Source: a virus
Taxonomy: Duplodnaviria > Caudoviricetes
Direction: 5' to 3' (one strand)
DNA: 63,915 nt
Virus record (IMG/VR): IMGVR_UViG_3300024251_000007
Location: 1 to 63,915 of that record
Shown here: one piece after another, positions 9,444-18,821 of the stretch
How positions within the stretch are numbered: position 1 is the stretch's first letter
How the letters are laid out: every line of letters begins with the position of its first letter
Notes under the pieces: model-generated
The model's input: the letters and a program-made list of their open reading frames with translations, nothing else
The model's database searches: none
What the model was told of the DNA's origin: nothing
Position numbers and translations under genes: made by a program

Positions 9444-10177
9444 ATCAGAATGGCCTCATAGTTTTACTTTGCCGCAACAACGTCGCGCTGTCCCGCGAGT
9501 GCCTCAAATCCCTACGAGCGCAGACGGTGCCCGTCACGATCCTAGTTGTCGATAACGCATCTACGGATGGCACAAAGCAGTGGCTACGGGCAGAGCGCGG
9601 CATCCGCGTGATGAGCTTCGAGCAGCAGCTATCTGTTGCTGAGTGCTGGAATACGGCGTTGCGATGGGGCTGGTCACAAGGGCACGATGAAGCACTAGTT
9701 TGCAACAATGATGTAGAAATACTCCCTGAGACTTACCAAACGCTATCCGATTGGGCGGCTGCTGACGATGGGCGCACAACGGGGATGGTGACATGCGTTA
9801 GCCGCAGGGAGCGGAGTGAGTTGGTGTATGAGAAGCCGTTCAGCCATCGCCCCAATCCTGACTATAGTTGCTATATGATCCAGCGATTGGCGCATGATCG
9901 CGTACCCTTCGATGAGAACATACTGATAGCCTTCGGTGAGGACTCCATGCACCACGTTACCTGCCACCGACAAGGCATACGCTGCGAGTGTATCGACCTA
10001 CCGTTTCTGCACCACGGCAGTCAGACAGTGAAGCGTGCCGATGAGATCGAGCGCAGACGCATCGGCAGGCAAGCCGACAAGAACCGCGAATACTTCTTCC
10101 ATAAGTGGGGCAAGCGGATCGGGACTGAGGGCTACGATGACCTGTTCCGAGATGAAACCTTTGGTATCGACTACTGA
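9440..10177 (+). CDS. Glycosyltransferase, GT2
   Basis: CLKSL..Q, VVDNASTDGT, NNDV, GED, HHGSQT. Confidence 0.9.
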   Translation: MNQNGLIVLLCRNNVALSRECLKSLRAQTVPVTILVVDNASTDGTKQWLRAERGIRVMSFEQQLSVAECWNTALRWGWSQGHDEALVCNNDVEILPETYQTLSDWAAADDGRTTGMVTCVSRRERSELVYEKPFSHRPNPDYSCYMIQRLAHDRVPFDENILIAFGEDSMHHVTCHRQGIRCECIDLPFLHHGSQTVKRADEIERRRIGRQADKNREYFFHKWGKRIGTEGYDDLFRDETFGIDY

Positions 10178-11769
10178 GCAGGTGGCTGCGGAGGCCAAGT
10201 CGGTGGCGGGAAGAAGCCTCTTGGTGCTGGCGGCGCTGCAATCATAGTTGGCATCTGCGGTGCTGGTAGTGGCTGCATGGCTCTCATAGCGTTCACAACT
10301 TCGGCACGCGCTTGCTCTGGCGTGCGGTGGTAATTGCGTCCAGTGGACGGTTGGTACGGGTTTCCGCTAGCGTTCTTTACGTTGCGTATGTGGGCATTGA
10401 ACTGCGCTTCTGGCATGGCTGCTACTTGCTCTGGGGTCATGCCCTTGGCTGTGAAATACTGACCAATCTCCAGATTTTTGCGCGTCGTGTTGCCGCGAAG
10501 CATGTTCACTAGGTTCGTCTCATTGTCGGCAGGACTAACGCCTCCAAGGGGACGTGAAACATTAGCCTGTGTCTGGGTAGCGGGCGGCGGTGTCCTTGGG
10601 GCTGCCAGTCCAGCAGGCGGGGCGGGTGCGTTTTCTTTGGCGGCAATCTTCTGGACGGTCGCCTGTCCATTGGCGTCAAGGCGTGCATACTTCTTCCCAG
10701 CTAATGACATAGCAATGTCATCTAGAGTCTTGGTAGGCGGTCCTCCTTGCGCTGCTGGCTGATGAGCGGCGGAGGCTTCTGCTTCATGGCGTGCGGCCAT
10801 CTGTTCTGCTGTCTCGGCTCCAGGCTTCAAGTAATCGGGGATAGTTCCAGGTTCCCAGCCTTCGGGATAGCGTGGACCTTCGACTGCTTTAGGTGGCGGC
10901 AATTCAGCAGGCGGTTCGATGTAGGTTGGTTCTGGAGTCTCTGGGTACTGTGGCTCTTGCGGCGGCGGCTGTGATTTAAGTTCCTGTTGGTATTCCTCCC
11001 ACCAATCTGGTCCACGCGGCGGTCCCGATGGAGGAGGTGGCGGCGGTGCTGGACGCGGTTGTGCCCCTTGCCCAATAGTCGGCATATACCCTTCCGTATT
11101 AGGCTTAAATTTGGTAGCAGCACGTCGCGCAAGAGCACCCTTAGCCCCGCGCACAGCGGCAGGCACAGCGCGAATAGCGGAACCCGCAGCGGCCCCTGCG
11201 CTGCCTTCTCCGATAATGGACTCCAATCCTCCGTGCCCAGCCAAAGCACCTACAGCACCTCCATACTTACCCCACTGCTTTATCTGAGGGAGTTCGGCCA
11301 CAATCCCTTCTTTGGCTCCGCGTGCAATGGTTCCAGCAACAGGGATCGCTCCACTTGCCTTTACTGCCTCACGCGCACCACTAACCCCTCCGCGAACCAT
11401 CGCCGGAGCATTAGCAGTTGCCACTGGGTCTTGTGCGAAAGACTCAAGCGGATGCCGGAATGTGTGGTAAACATCGGAAGCGGCGTCCATGATGCCCGTG
11501 ATGGGGTTGACGATGCCTTGCGGCCCGATTGTATCCGGCTGCGTCATGCCAAGCGAAGCGTAGCGGACTAGTGATGCAGGCAAATGGCGCAATGCCTCTG
11601 CCCCTACCGTAGTCGATGGCAACGGCTTGTCGCCAGGACGCAAACCAGCGGGGGTGTACTTCTCAGGGTTGGCTTTAATAGGGTTGGGAACTCCGGGATC
11701 TGATGGAGGGGCGTTCTTGGCGAACCAGCCACCCTGCGATGGAGCATTCTCTGCAAACCAATCGGCCAC
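10171..11769 (-). CDS. Putative ejection/internal virion protein
   Basis: Pro/Ala-rich, DWFAENAP/WFAKNAP N-terminal repeat, last gene of the virion module. Confidence 0.5.
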   Translation of the reverse strand: MADWFAENAPSQGGWFAKNAPPSDPGVPNPIKANPEKYTPAGLRPGDKPLPSTTVGAEALRHLPASLVRYASLGMTQPDTIGPQGIVNPITGIMDAASDVYHTFRHPLESFAQDPVATANAPAMVRGGVSGAREAVKASGAIPVAGTIARGAKEGIVAELPQIKQWGKYGGAVGALAGHGGLESIIGEGSAGAAAGSAIRAVPAAVRGAKGALARRAATKFKPNTEGYMPTIGQGAQPRPAPPPPPPSGPPRGPDWWEEYQQELKSQPPPQEPQYPETPEPTYIEPPAELPPPKAVEGPRYPEGWEPGTIPDYLKPGAETAEQMAARHEAEASAAHQPAAQGGPPTKTLDDIAMSLAGKKYARLDANGQATVQKIAAKENAPAPPAGLAAPRTPPPATQTQANVSRPLGGVSPADNETNLVNMLRGNTTRKNLEIGQYFTAKGMTPEQVAAMPEAQFNAHIRNVKNASGNPYQPSTGRNYHRTPEQARAEVVNAMRAMQPLPAPQMPTMIAAPPAPRGFFPPPTWPPQPPAQ

Positions 11770-13913
11770 TATTGCACCACCACGGCTCCGCGTGATTTGT
11801 AATGTTCAACCTGATCTGGCGGAACAGGCATTGTTTCCCCGGTTGGAGCCTTCATAAGAACCGGGCCAGCAGCAGGAGGGGTGATGGCAGCAGGTGCATT
11901 AAGATTCTGCGGGATGCCGCTCTTGCGACCATACTTTGTGATCTCAGTATTGCCATCCCGAATGTTCTTCTCCATCATGTTTAGCTTTTCATACATCTGT
12001 GCGGGACTGTCGATAGTCACCTTGGGAGTATGAATCTGCGCTTCTTCAAATACTGGCTTGTTAGTTCGGACCCCATTAGCCTGAAGGATACGCCCTGCGC
12101 CAGTAATGCTAGCCATACTTAACTGGGAGATTAGTCCCGCAAGGTTTTGGTCATCACCAAGTCTATACTTCAGGTAATCGGGGGCAAAGTAGAAGCGCGT
12201 ATGATTATTCTTTAGCGGCTTGCCATCCTCCCCCGGAGCCTCTAGTTGGCTTTTAATGGAGGCGATCTGATCTAATACCGTATTGGATTTTTGTAGTAAC
12301 TGGTCAGCCCACGGAGCCATCTGCGCTGGTATTCCATTAGTTGCTCCGTTTTTCTGGCGTTCCGCAATGATCTGAGCGATAGCGGCTCCTTCGCGCCCAG
12401 CCGGGAGCGGTATATCCCCAGCCTGTACGCGATCTGCTTGCATCCGTAAGCCGATAGGCAGGGCACGTTCAGCAGGGCCAACATTCTGCGTTACTGGAAC
12501 GGGAGCACCACCACCAGAAGGCGGAGGATTGGGCGCTGGCAAAGTAGTTGCACGCCCTGCCGCCCCTCCTTTGGTTCTAACCGTAGTAACAGGAGCATAG
12601 CCAGGGGATGTCTGGGTGGAAGTTACTGGTGCTCCTGTGCCAATGGCTCCTGGTACGGAAGTGGGCGTACCACCAGCCGCAATTTGAGCAGGAGAGGCAA
12701 TCCCCACTCCACCGCCTTGCAGGTTAAATAACTTAGGATTAAACGTGGCGGTTGGCTGTATGCCAGCGGCGGCAGCGCTTCCCTGAACGCGCTTATTGTA
12801 CTGGACAGGAACTTGCTTGCCGCTAGCATCAGTAGTGTATCCTTGCCCAAGAATGGGAGACACAGGAGACAGCTTTTCCTTGCCGTTTCCATAGCGCACT
12901 AACGTATAAGTGGCGTCGTCTCGCTTCACACCGCCGCCGATCACTGGGAGATTGCCAACGTCTGCGCCTGAGACAATGCCTGTCCCTACGCCGCGATCCA
13001 TCTTGGCGATGGGCAAGCCATTAGCGCCCATCTCAACGGTCCACTCAACGTCGCTGTTGGGATTCTGATTCAGCTTATCGACGTAGCCAGTGACTTCTTT
13101 GAACTTCTTTGAGTAGAGTTCGTATTGAGCCTCAAGTTGTCCGCGTGTCTTGGCAATAGCGGGCTGCACTCCAGCCTGTTCAATAGCGCCTTGTTTCAAT
13201 CCAGCCCCGCGTGCTTCAAACTCCTGCTGTTGTTCTGGTGTTCTAAATGGTGCCCGAAGGACGCGTCCCATCGTGTCTCCAGAGGGCGATACAAACTCTC
13301 CTGGTCCAAGCGAAGGGCTATTGGTAGGCGCTACTGTGTTGAAGCCCGGAGAGGGCAGACCGCTGACAGGAGGAGGAGCGCCAGCCTGAGACTGAGGAGC
13401 AGGAGTCGGAGCCGACGCCGCAGGAGGAGGTGCGCCTGCGGCATTAGTAGGGTTTGGCGGTGCTAGCCCCTGTAACCCCGTAGGAACCTGCGGGCCTTGC
13501 GACATTCCGCCTGCTGGCCCTTGCACATTGTCAGGACCGGGAGGCGTCAACCCAGTGCCTTGCGCTACTGTTCCCTGCGCCTGCTGTATCTGCGCTGCTT
13601 TCTGCTGCGCCTGAAGCGAGTTCTGCTGCTGCTGTTGCTGCGAAGCCTGCTGGATCATGGCCGCATTCTTCTGCTGGAAGATGTTATGCAGGTCCATGTC
13701 CTTCGATGGCTTCTTAGCACCAAGGGCACGGTACTTCGCGGCCAACTGCATTAGTTCGATCTGATCTTGTGGGGTGTTGGCGGAGGCAGCTTGCTTCTCG
13801 ATCAACTTCGCCATGTCCCCGTTGGCTTTGACTTGCGCGAGGATGTTTTGTTCGTTCTGCTGCTGGGCGTGTTGCCCTAATCCTTGAATGATGCCTGCTA
13901 ATATTGCGCCCAT
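11769..13913 (-). CDS. Putative ejection/internal virion protein
   Basis: Gln/Ala/Pro-rich 714 aa, amphipathic N-terminus, follows the small ejection-like gene. Confidence 0.55.
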   Translation of the reverse strand: MGAILAGIIQGLGQHAQQQNEQNILAQVKANGDMAKLIEKQAASANTPQDQIELMQLAAKYRALGAKKPSKDMDLHNIFQQKNAAMIQQASQQQQQQNSLQAQQKAAQIQQAQGTVAQGTGLTPPGPDNVQGPAGGMSQGPQVPTGLQGLAPPNPTNAAGAPPPAASAPTPAPQSQAGAPPPVSGLPSPGFNTVAPTNSPSLGPGEFVSPSGDTMGRVLRAPFRTPEQQQEFEARGAGLKQGAIEQAGVQPAIAKTRGQLEAQYELYSKKFKEVTGYVDKLNQNPNSDVEWTVEMGANGLPIAKMDRGVGTGIVSGADVGNLPVIGGGVKRDDATYTLVRYGNGKEKLSPVSPILGQGYTTDASGKQVPVQYNKRVQGSAAAAGIQPTATFNPKLFNLQGGGVGIASPAQIAAGGTPTSVPGAIGTGAPVTSTQTSPGYAPVTTVRTKGGAAGRATTLPAPNPPPSGGGAPVPVTQNVGPAERALPIGLRMQADRVQAGDIPLPAGREGAAIAQIIAERQKNGATNGIPAQMAPWADQLLQKSNTVLDQIASIKSQLEAPGEDGKPLKNNHTRFYFAPDYLKYRLGDDQNLAGLISQLSMASITGAGRILQANGVRTNKPVFEEAQIHTPKVTIDSPAQMYEKLNMMEKNIRDGNTEITKYGRKSGIPQNLNAPAAITPPAAGPVLMKAPTGETMPVPPDQVEHYKSRGAVVVQ

Positions 13914-14549
13914 TTATGATCCTATCGTGTCGGACATACCAGCGGAATCGAAGAATCCGCCACCGCCTTTGCTGCCGCCAATCCCAAATAGACCACCGAT
14001 CTTGCCTAGCAAGCCACCAGTAAGCAGGCTAGCGATAGAACCGCCGATAGCATTTCCTGTCTGCTGCTGCAATAACTTTTGCTGGGCTGCATTTTGATCG
14101 AAAAGAGCGGCAGCTTGAGCACTTGTTCCAAGTAGCCCTTGCCCCAAGGCCCCTTCTGTACTCGCAATCCCCGTCAACCCTCCCGCCGCATTCTGTCTAG
14201 CGCCGGATATAAGATTGGTAAGCGCTCCTGCCTTCTGGAATGGCAACTGCGCCTCTAGTGCAGCACGCCCACCACCCATAGGGGCGAACTGGTCTACCGC
14301 CGAACGATTGTTGGCATAGCTCGATTGCAGCGCATTGATTTCAGGGGATAGTGCGCCCGCTACGGAGGCGGGATTGCCAGAAAGGATCGAGGAATAGTAA
14401 GAGGTTGGAGCCTGAAAGTTGGTAGCTGAGTTTGTCAGATACCCCATGCCCGTATTCGAGGCATTCTGTGCTGCTGCGTTAAGCTGGTTGTTCGCGGTCT
14501 TTTGATTGTTACTGGGACCGCCGCCAAACAGACTGCCAAGGAAGGACAT
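13914..14549 (-). CDS. Putative DNA ejection protein (P22 gp7-like position)
   Basis: MSFLGSLFGGG start, Gly/Ala-rich, hydrophobic C-terminus. Confidence 0.6.
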   Translation of the reverse strand: MSFLGSLFGGGPSNNQKTANNQLNAAAQNASNTGMGYLTNSATNFQAPTSYYSSILSGNPASVAGALSPEINALQSSYANNRSAVDQFAPMGGGRAALEAQLPFQKAGALTNLISGARQNAAGGLTGIASTEGALGQGLLGTSAQAAALFDQNAAQQKLLQQQTGNAIGGSIASLLTGGLLGKIGGLFGIGGSKGGGGFFDSAGMSDTIGS

Positions 14550-14572
14550 ACGCGCTCCTTGGCGCAAGTATA

Positions 14573-14935
14573 CTAGGTCAGCACCTTCATGTAAACACGG
14601 GTCTTTAGCTCTGCCATCCCCGTAGCCTCACAGATACCCGCTACGGCGTCCGAAGTGGTGAATGAGTAGTAAGTGGCTGGGACCGCGCCCTTGGCCGCTA
14701 GTTCCTCCTCCAGCGTCCGCACCAGCCCACGGATGCAGTACGGCGTATGCGCTACCAAAGGCTCGAAGTGCATCTGTAACTGGCACACCAGGAAACCAAC
14801 GATAGCCTGCGGGTCATCGTCGGTAAACGCTCCTGCGATCATGGCAAACTTAGGATCAGGCAGCGCGTAACCGCGAGACGTGAACTCATGTTCCAGCAGC
14901 GGCCATTCTTCGACGGTCAGTAGGCGGTAGGTCAT
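14573..14935 (-). CDS. GNAT-like small protein
   Basis: IVGFLV strand; such genes commonly precede podoviral ejection genes. Confidence 0.4.
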   Translation of the reverse strand: MTYRLLTVEEWPLLEHEFTSRGYALPDPKFAMIAGAFTDDDPQAIVGFLVCQLQMHFEPLVAHTPYCIRGLVRTLEEELAAKGAVPATYYSFTTSDAVAGICEATGMAELKTRVYMKVLT

Positions 14936-14969
14936 GCTTCATTGTAACCATATTGTATACTGTTTGCTT

Positions 14970-15518
14970 TTAGGTTCCCTGCCAGAAGGCTGATAGAGTT
15001 GAGTTGAGCGGATCAACGGTAGAAGTCCCCGCTGCTGCTAATGGCTTGCGGATTACCAGCGTGCAAACCTCATTGCCTAACTTCGCTGCTACCTGCCAAC
15101 TTTGATGCATCATCACGGAGCCATCGGTGGCCTGATTGACTACCGCGAAGTGTTCGATGGTTGTATTATTGACCGTCAGCCCTAGCGTGAAGTCAACACT
15201 TGGATCGGCAGCAATGATGAGCGATACAGCAGCCGTCAGCATCCATGTTCCCTGCCTATTGAGTTGCAGCGACACACTGAAAGCGTTACCAGGTGGCGTG
15301 TCTGTGTTGATGACGGTTACCGGGACGCCTGACCCCTTAGAGAACAGGCTTGTTGGCCCGTAGTTAGCCCGCAGGCTATCCACCGCATCAAACATCTGGC
15401 GATGCGCGTTGTCTATAACCGTATCGCCAGTCGAGATAGGGCGGTACTGGCGCACCTGTGGCGTCTTGGCCGTAGTCTGCGATGAGGAACGTCCCGTTAG
15501 CTTTTCAAATGGCGTCAT
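14970..15518 (-). CDS. Putative tail needle/appendage protein
   Basis: Beta-rich C-terminal domain; located in the tail module. Confidence 0.4.
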   Translation of the reverse strand: MTPFEKLTGRSSSQTTAKTPQVRQYRPISTGDTVIDNAHRQMFDAVDSLRANYGPTSLFSKGSGVPVTVINTDTPPGNAFSVSLQLNRQGTWMLTAAVSLIIAADPSVDFTLGLTVNNTTIEHFAVVNQATDGSVMMHQSWQVAAKLGNEVCTLVIRKPLAAAGTSTVDPLNSTLSAFWQGT

Positions 15519-17053
15519 GTGCCTTGATTCTCCAACGGCTCATTTATCAGCACAAGCACTTCCTGCCCTGTGGCTGGAGGCACTATACAGAACGGCGGTG
15601 GTGGAATCGGGTTGCTCACAGCCAAGGGACACGGTGCGGATACGGTTGCTGTGTTACCTAGCGAATCCGTTACCGTGATGGTGTATTCTACATCTCCCTC
15701 AAACGTGGGCGTACCACTGACTACTCCAGTCAGCGGATCAATGGTCATCCACGGAGGAGCGTCTGAAAGCGTGAACGTATCAGGCGGGGTGTCACCAACG
15801 ACTATAGGCGGATCGCTTTGGTAGAACACGCCAACCGTTGCTGTGAGCGGAGCGATGGGGCAGAGGATTGAGATAGCCGTACCAAGCGGTCCCTGAAGGA
15901 ATATCTGAATCGCACAGAAGCCATCTCCAAGAATGTCATTACCGAAGTATCCGGTAGTTAGCGCCATCGCCAAAGGGCTATCGGCCACAATCACGGAAAT
16001 CGGGGCATCGTCATCGTATATAGTTTGTGGAGGCGTCGGGGGGTCTGTTACCTCATCCCATAGCAAAGTGGGGCTTGCGTCCCAAGCCCCCGGCGGTTGT
16101 GGCTGCGAATACCATTGAATCGTTGCATGGTTAAACGGGTTGGGATCTACAAGATAGACAACTAAATAAAGCACGGACTCATCAGGGCGCACCGCAATTT
16201 GCGTTGACCTGCAAGTTAGAGCCGGATTCGCTGCTGGTTCAATGGTAAATACCGGGGCGCTCGAAGGTGTCCCACGCAGTACGTTTAGAAAGGTTCCAGA
16301 AATCGTCCCTTGAAGCGGAACTACAACCTCATCCTGCGCTGTGAGGTACAGTCCATAGTTGAACACTACAAACGGCCCTATCCCGGCTATGATTGTGTCA
16401 GCCCCCAGCGCACCCGCTACAAACTGGCAATACTTAATCTGGTTTGTTCGGTCGTCCCTGCGCCAAATGTGAACCCGATCCGAAGAATCCGCAAGGACAG
16501 TCAAGAGCGATACAGTATTGCCGCCAGTGCTCGCCTGAATCGTAATCGGAGTTTGCCAAGTTCCGTTGTAAAGCACTACCTTTAAGGCGTCGTTTCCACC
16601 TCCGGTTGGGGCTTCCCAAACGACAACACGATCTCCGTTTGAGAGCATCGCGTGTTGCAAGGGGTATAGGACGCCAGATCCGAAGATCGAACCAGAAGGG
16701 CCACCTGTTACGGAAGCGCTCCATGTATCGGTTGCTGTATTGAAGGTTTTTAGCCTGAGTTCGTTGGGGGATATATTGTTGAATACGAAAGAAATTAAAG
16801 GCCCATGTGCGTTATCTTCCGCTACGTCACAGTTTGAACCAAACCGACTTTCGTTAGCCTGATCCTGCATTGTCCAGGTAACGCCATCATCCGTGCTCTT
16901 GGAAACTCCGGCAAACTTTTGACCAAACGGAACGATTGTGAAATCTTCGATTGCCGCATACCAATTAGACCCACGCTTAAATGGCCCTTGGAACCGCGAT
17001 AGAGGCTGGCCGAGATTCGTAGCGGTGGATTCAATGAGGTAAGGAGTCGCCAT
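15515..17053 (-). CDS. Asp-box beta-propeller protein with He_PIG-type Ig domain
   Basis: SKSTDDGVTW Asp-box; PPWMTIDPLTGVVSGTPT..YTITVTDS. Confidence 0.65.
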   Translation of the reverse strand: MATPYLIESTATNLGQPLSRFQGPFKRGSNWYAAIEDFTIVPFGQKFAGVSKSTDDGVTWTMQDQANESRFGSNCDVAEDNAHGPLISFVFNNISPNELRLKTFNTATDTWSASVTGGPSGSIFGSGVLYPLQHAMLSNGDRVVVWEAPTGGGNDALKVVLYNGTWQTPITIQASTGGNTVSLLTVLADSSDRVHIWRRDDRTNQIKYCQFVAGALGADTIIAGIGPFVVFNYGLYLTAQDEVVVPLQGTISGTFLNVLRGTPSSAPVFTIEPAANPALTCRSTQIAVRPDESVLYLVVYLVDPNPFNHATIQWYSQPQPPGAWDASPTLLWDEVTDPPTPPQTIYDDDAPISVIVADSPLAMALTTGYFGNDILGDGFCAIQIFLQGPLGTAISILCPIAPLTATVGVFYQSDPPIVVGDTPPDTFTLSDAPPWMTIDPLTGVVSGTPTFEGDVEYTITVTDSLGNTATVSAPCPLAVSNPIPPPPFCIVPPATGQEVLVLINEPLENQGT

Positions 17054-17244
17054 CAGGAAACCTCATAGCCCTTCGATGCAGCGAACTCCCGCGCTTCCGC
17101 TTCTGTATCGAAACCCCATGCGGCTATGCCATATGTCAGTTTGTAGCGCCGAATCTTCTTAGCTTCACCGCGCACTTCGATCACTTCGGCTTTGCACTCG
17201 CCGTCTGTACACCAGTGTTCTAATGGCGTTATCGTAGCGGTCAT
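17053..17244 (-). CDS. Small hypothetical protein
   Basis: 63 aa, coupled on both sides. Confidence 0.5.
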   Translation of the reverse strand: MTATITPLEHWCTDGECKAEVIEVRGEAKKIRRYKLTYGIAAWGFDTEAEAREFAASKGYEVS

Positions 17245-18821
17245 GTTCCCACCTGTTCCACTGGTTCATTCAACAGCAATAGCGGCGATGCGTAAGACGG
17301 CGGAGGCACAAGGATGCATTGCGGAGGCGCAGGATGAGATGCCTTTACTATTGTCACCACTTCAGTAACCCCAATATCATCGGATACCGTGAAACTCAAG
17401 TTACCACCACCGCCACCACTCACCAAGGCGATGCTGATGGACTCGCTAACCGATGCAGAATCGCTAGGCGAAACAGAGGATCGGAGCGGGGTGATAGTAA
17501 TGGACTCTGTACCTGTGGCCGTATCGTTGACGGCAATGAAAGCCACGTTGCTAACGAGTGAAAGCGAAACGTTTTCCGCAACGGTTGACGAATCAAATAT
17601 CGAGAATACCTGTGCTCCAGTAGCCAGCAACGATTCAGTAACGGTAGAAGAATCGCTGACGCTGATGTTGTACCCACTAGGGGTAGTGGTTGTGGACTCG
17701 ATAACAGTAGATGCGTCGAATACCGAAACCTGAATGGAGTTGGTCGCAATGCTGATGGACTCCGCGATGGTGGATGTATCGCTGACCGATAAGAAGTCCA
17801 CCGAAGCCGTCTGCGTAGAGAAGGACTCCGAAACGGTAACGGAATCGAAAACGCTGGGGTTGTACCCACTCAAGCTAAGACTGAAGGACTCGGTAACGGC
17901 AGGGGAATCGGAAACCGAAATCCTCTTGGTAATGAACTGGCTGGTGGATTCGGTGACTGTCACAGAATCGCTGACTGAAACCGTGCTGCTGAATTGAACA
18001 GGATCAGACTCCGTAACCGTGGAGGAATCGCTGACGGAAAGCGGGAGGCTGCTGAGTGTTAGCGTAACCGATTCGCTAACGGACGCGGCATCGATGGTGG
18101 TCAGGAACGAGATACCGCTGACCAGCGATAGGGATACGTTTTCCGCCACCGTCGATGAATCGAATATCGAAAAGGTGTTGGTTACAACTTCATTGATGAT
18201 TACGCTTTCCGTGACCGTGGAACTGTTAAAGACGCTGAACTGTGGGGTTGTCTGTTCCGTGATGGATTCGGAAACCGTGACGGAGTTATTGGTGCTAAGA
18301 GATGTGATCGTTTTCTCGGTGACACTCTCGGTAACGGTGGCTGTGTTGTTGACGCTGACCTGAAGGGCCTTAGCCAGCGTTACGGACTCTGTTACCGTCG
18401 CTGAATCGCTCACCGACAGCGGCAGGTTTACAAGCAGTGCTCCGAAGGTAGCCGTAGTTGGAATGGAGTTAGCCGAAGCGTCGGACGCTGTAACCCCAGT
18501 CAAATCAATAGGGATTGGATTGGCGGCAGGGTTCGCCGCTATCTGAAACGTAGCTACAGCCAAGACCCCATCGGGGATGACATTGCTATTAAGACCACTT
18601 ACAATGCACAGCGAACCGCTCTGGCTGAGAGTTTTTGATGCCGCAGTACCAGCAGCGCCAATGACCACCGAGGTAAGCGTTACGTCTGCCGTGTTACTAA
18701 AGGTCCACTGAACCGCTGTAGGCGCTGCCCCACCAGTCGAAGCAATGGTGAGGTTAAGGACCACGCTCGATCCAGGCGTGCCGCTGCCGGAAGCGAGAGT
18801 GAGCGCGACATTAGCGGCCAT
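17241..18821 (-). CDS. Cohesin-domain protein with Ser/Thr/Val-rich tandem repeats
   Basis: N-terminal LTLASGSGTPGSSVVLNL..AVQWT..IVSGLNSNVIPDGVLAVATFQI, followed by many SVxDSxTVTES repeats. Confidence 0.7.
   Translation of the reverse strand: MAANVALTLASGSGTPGSSVVLNLTIASTGGAAPTAVQWTFSNTADVTLTSVVIGAAGTAASKTLSQSGSLCIVSGLNSNVIPDGVLAVATFQIAANPAANPIPIDLTGVTASDASANSIPTTATFGALLVNLPLSVSDSATVTESVTLAKALQVSVNNTATVTESVTEKTITSLSTNNSVTVSESITEQTTPQFSVFNSSTVTESVIINEVVTNTFSIFDSSTVAENVSLSLVSGISFLTTIDAASVSESVTLTLSSLPLSVSDSSTVTESDPVQFSSTVSVSDSVTVTESTSQFITKRISVSDSPAVTESFSLSLSGYNPSVFDSVTVSESFSTQTASVDFLSVSDTSTIAESISIATNSIQVSVFDASTVIESTTTTPSGYNISVSDSSTVTESLLATGAQVFSIFDSSTVAENVSLSLVSNVAFIAVNDTATGTESITITPLRSSVSPSDSASVSESISIALVSGGGGGNLSFTVSDDIGVTEVVTIVKASHPAPPQCILVPPPSYASPLLLLNEPVEQVGT

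Noticed and set aside
4033-10177. DNA hypermodification system
   Set aside because: No hydroxymethylase, TET/JBP, DNA polymerase or nucleotide kinase seen; methyltransferases resemble sugar or small-molecule types. Not fully excluded.
17319-18363. Plus-strand ORFs over the repeat genes
   Set aside because: Antisense shadows of Ser/Thr/Val-rich coding sequence
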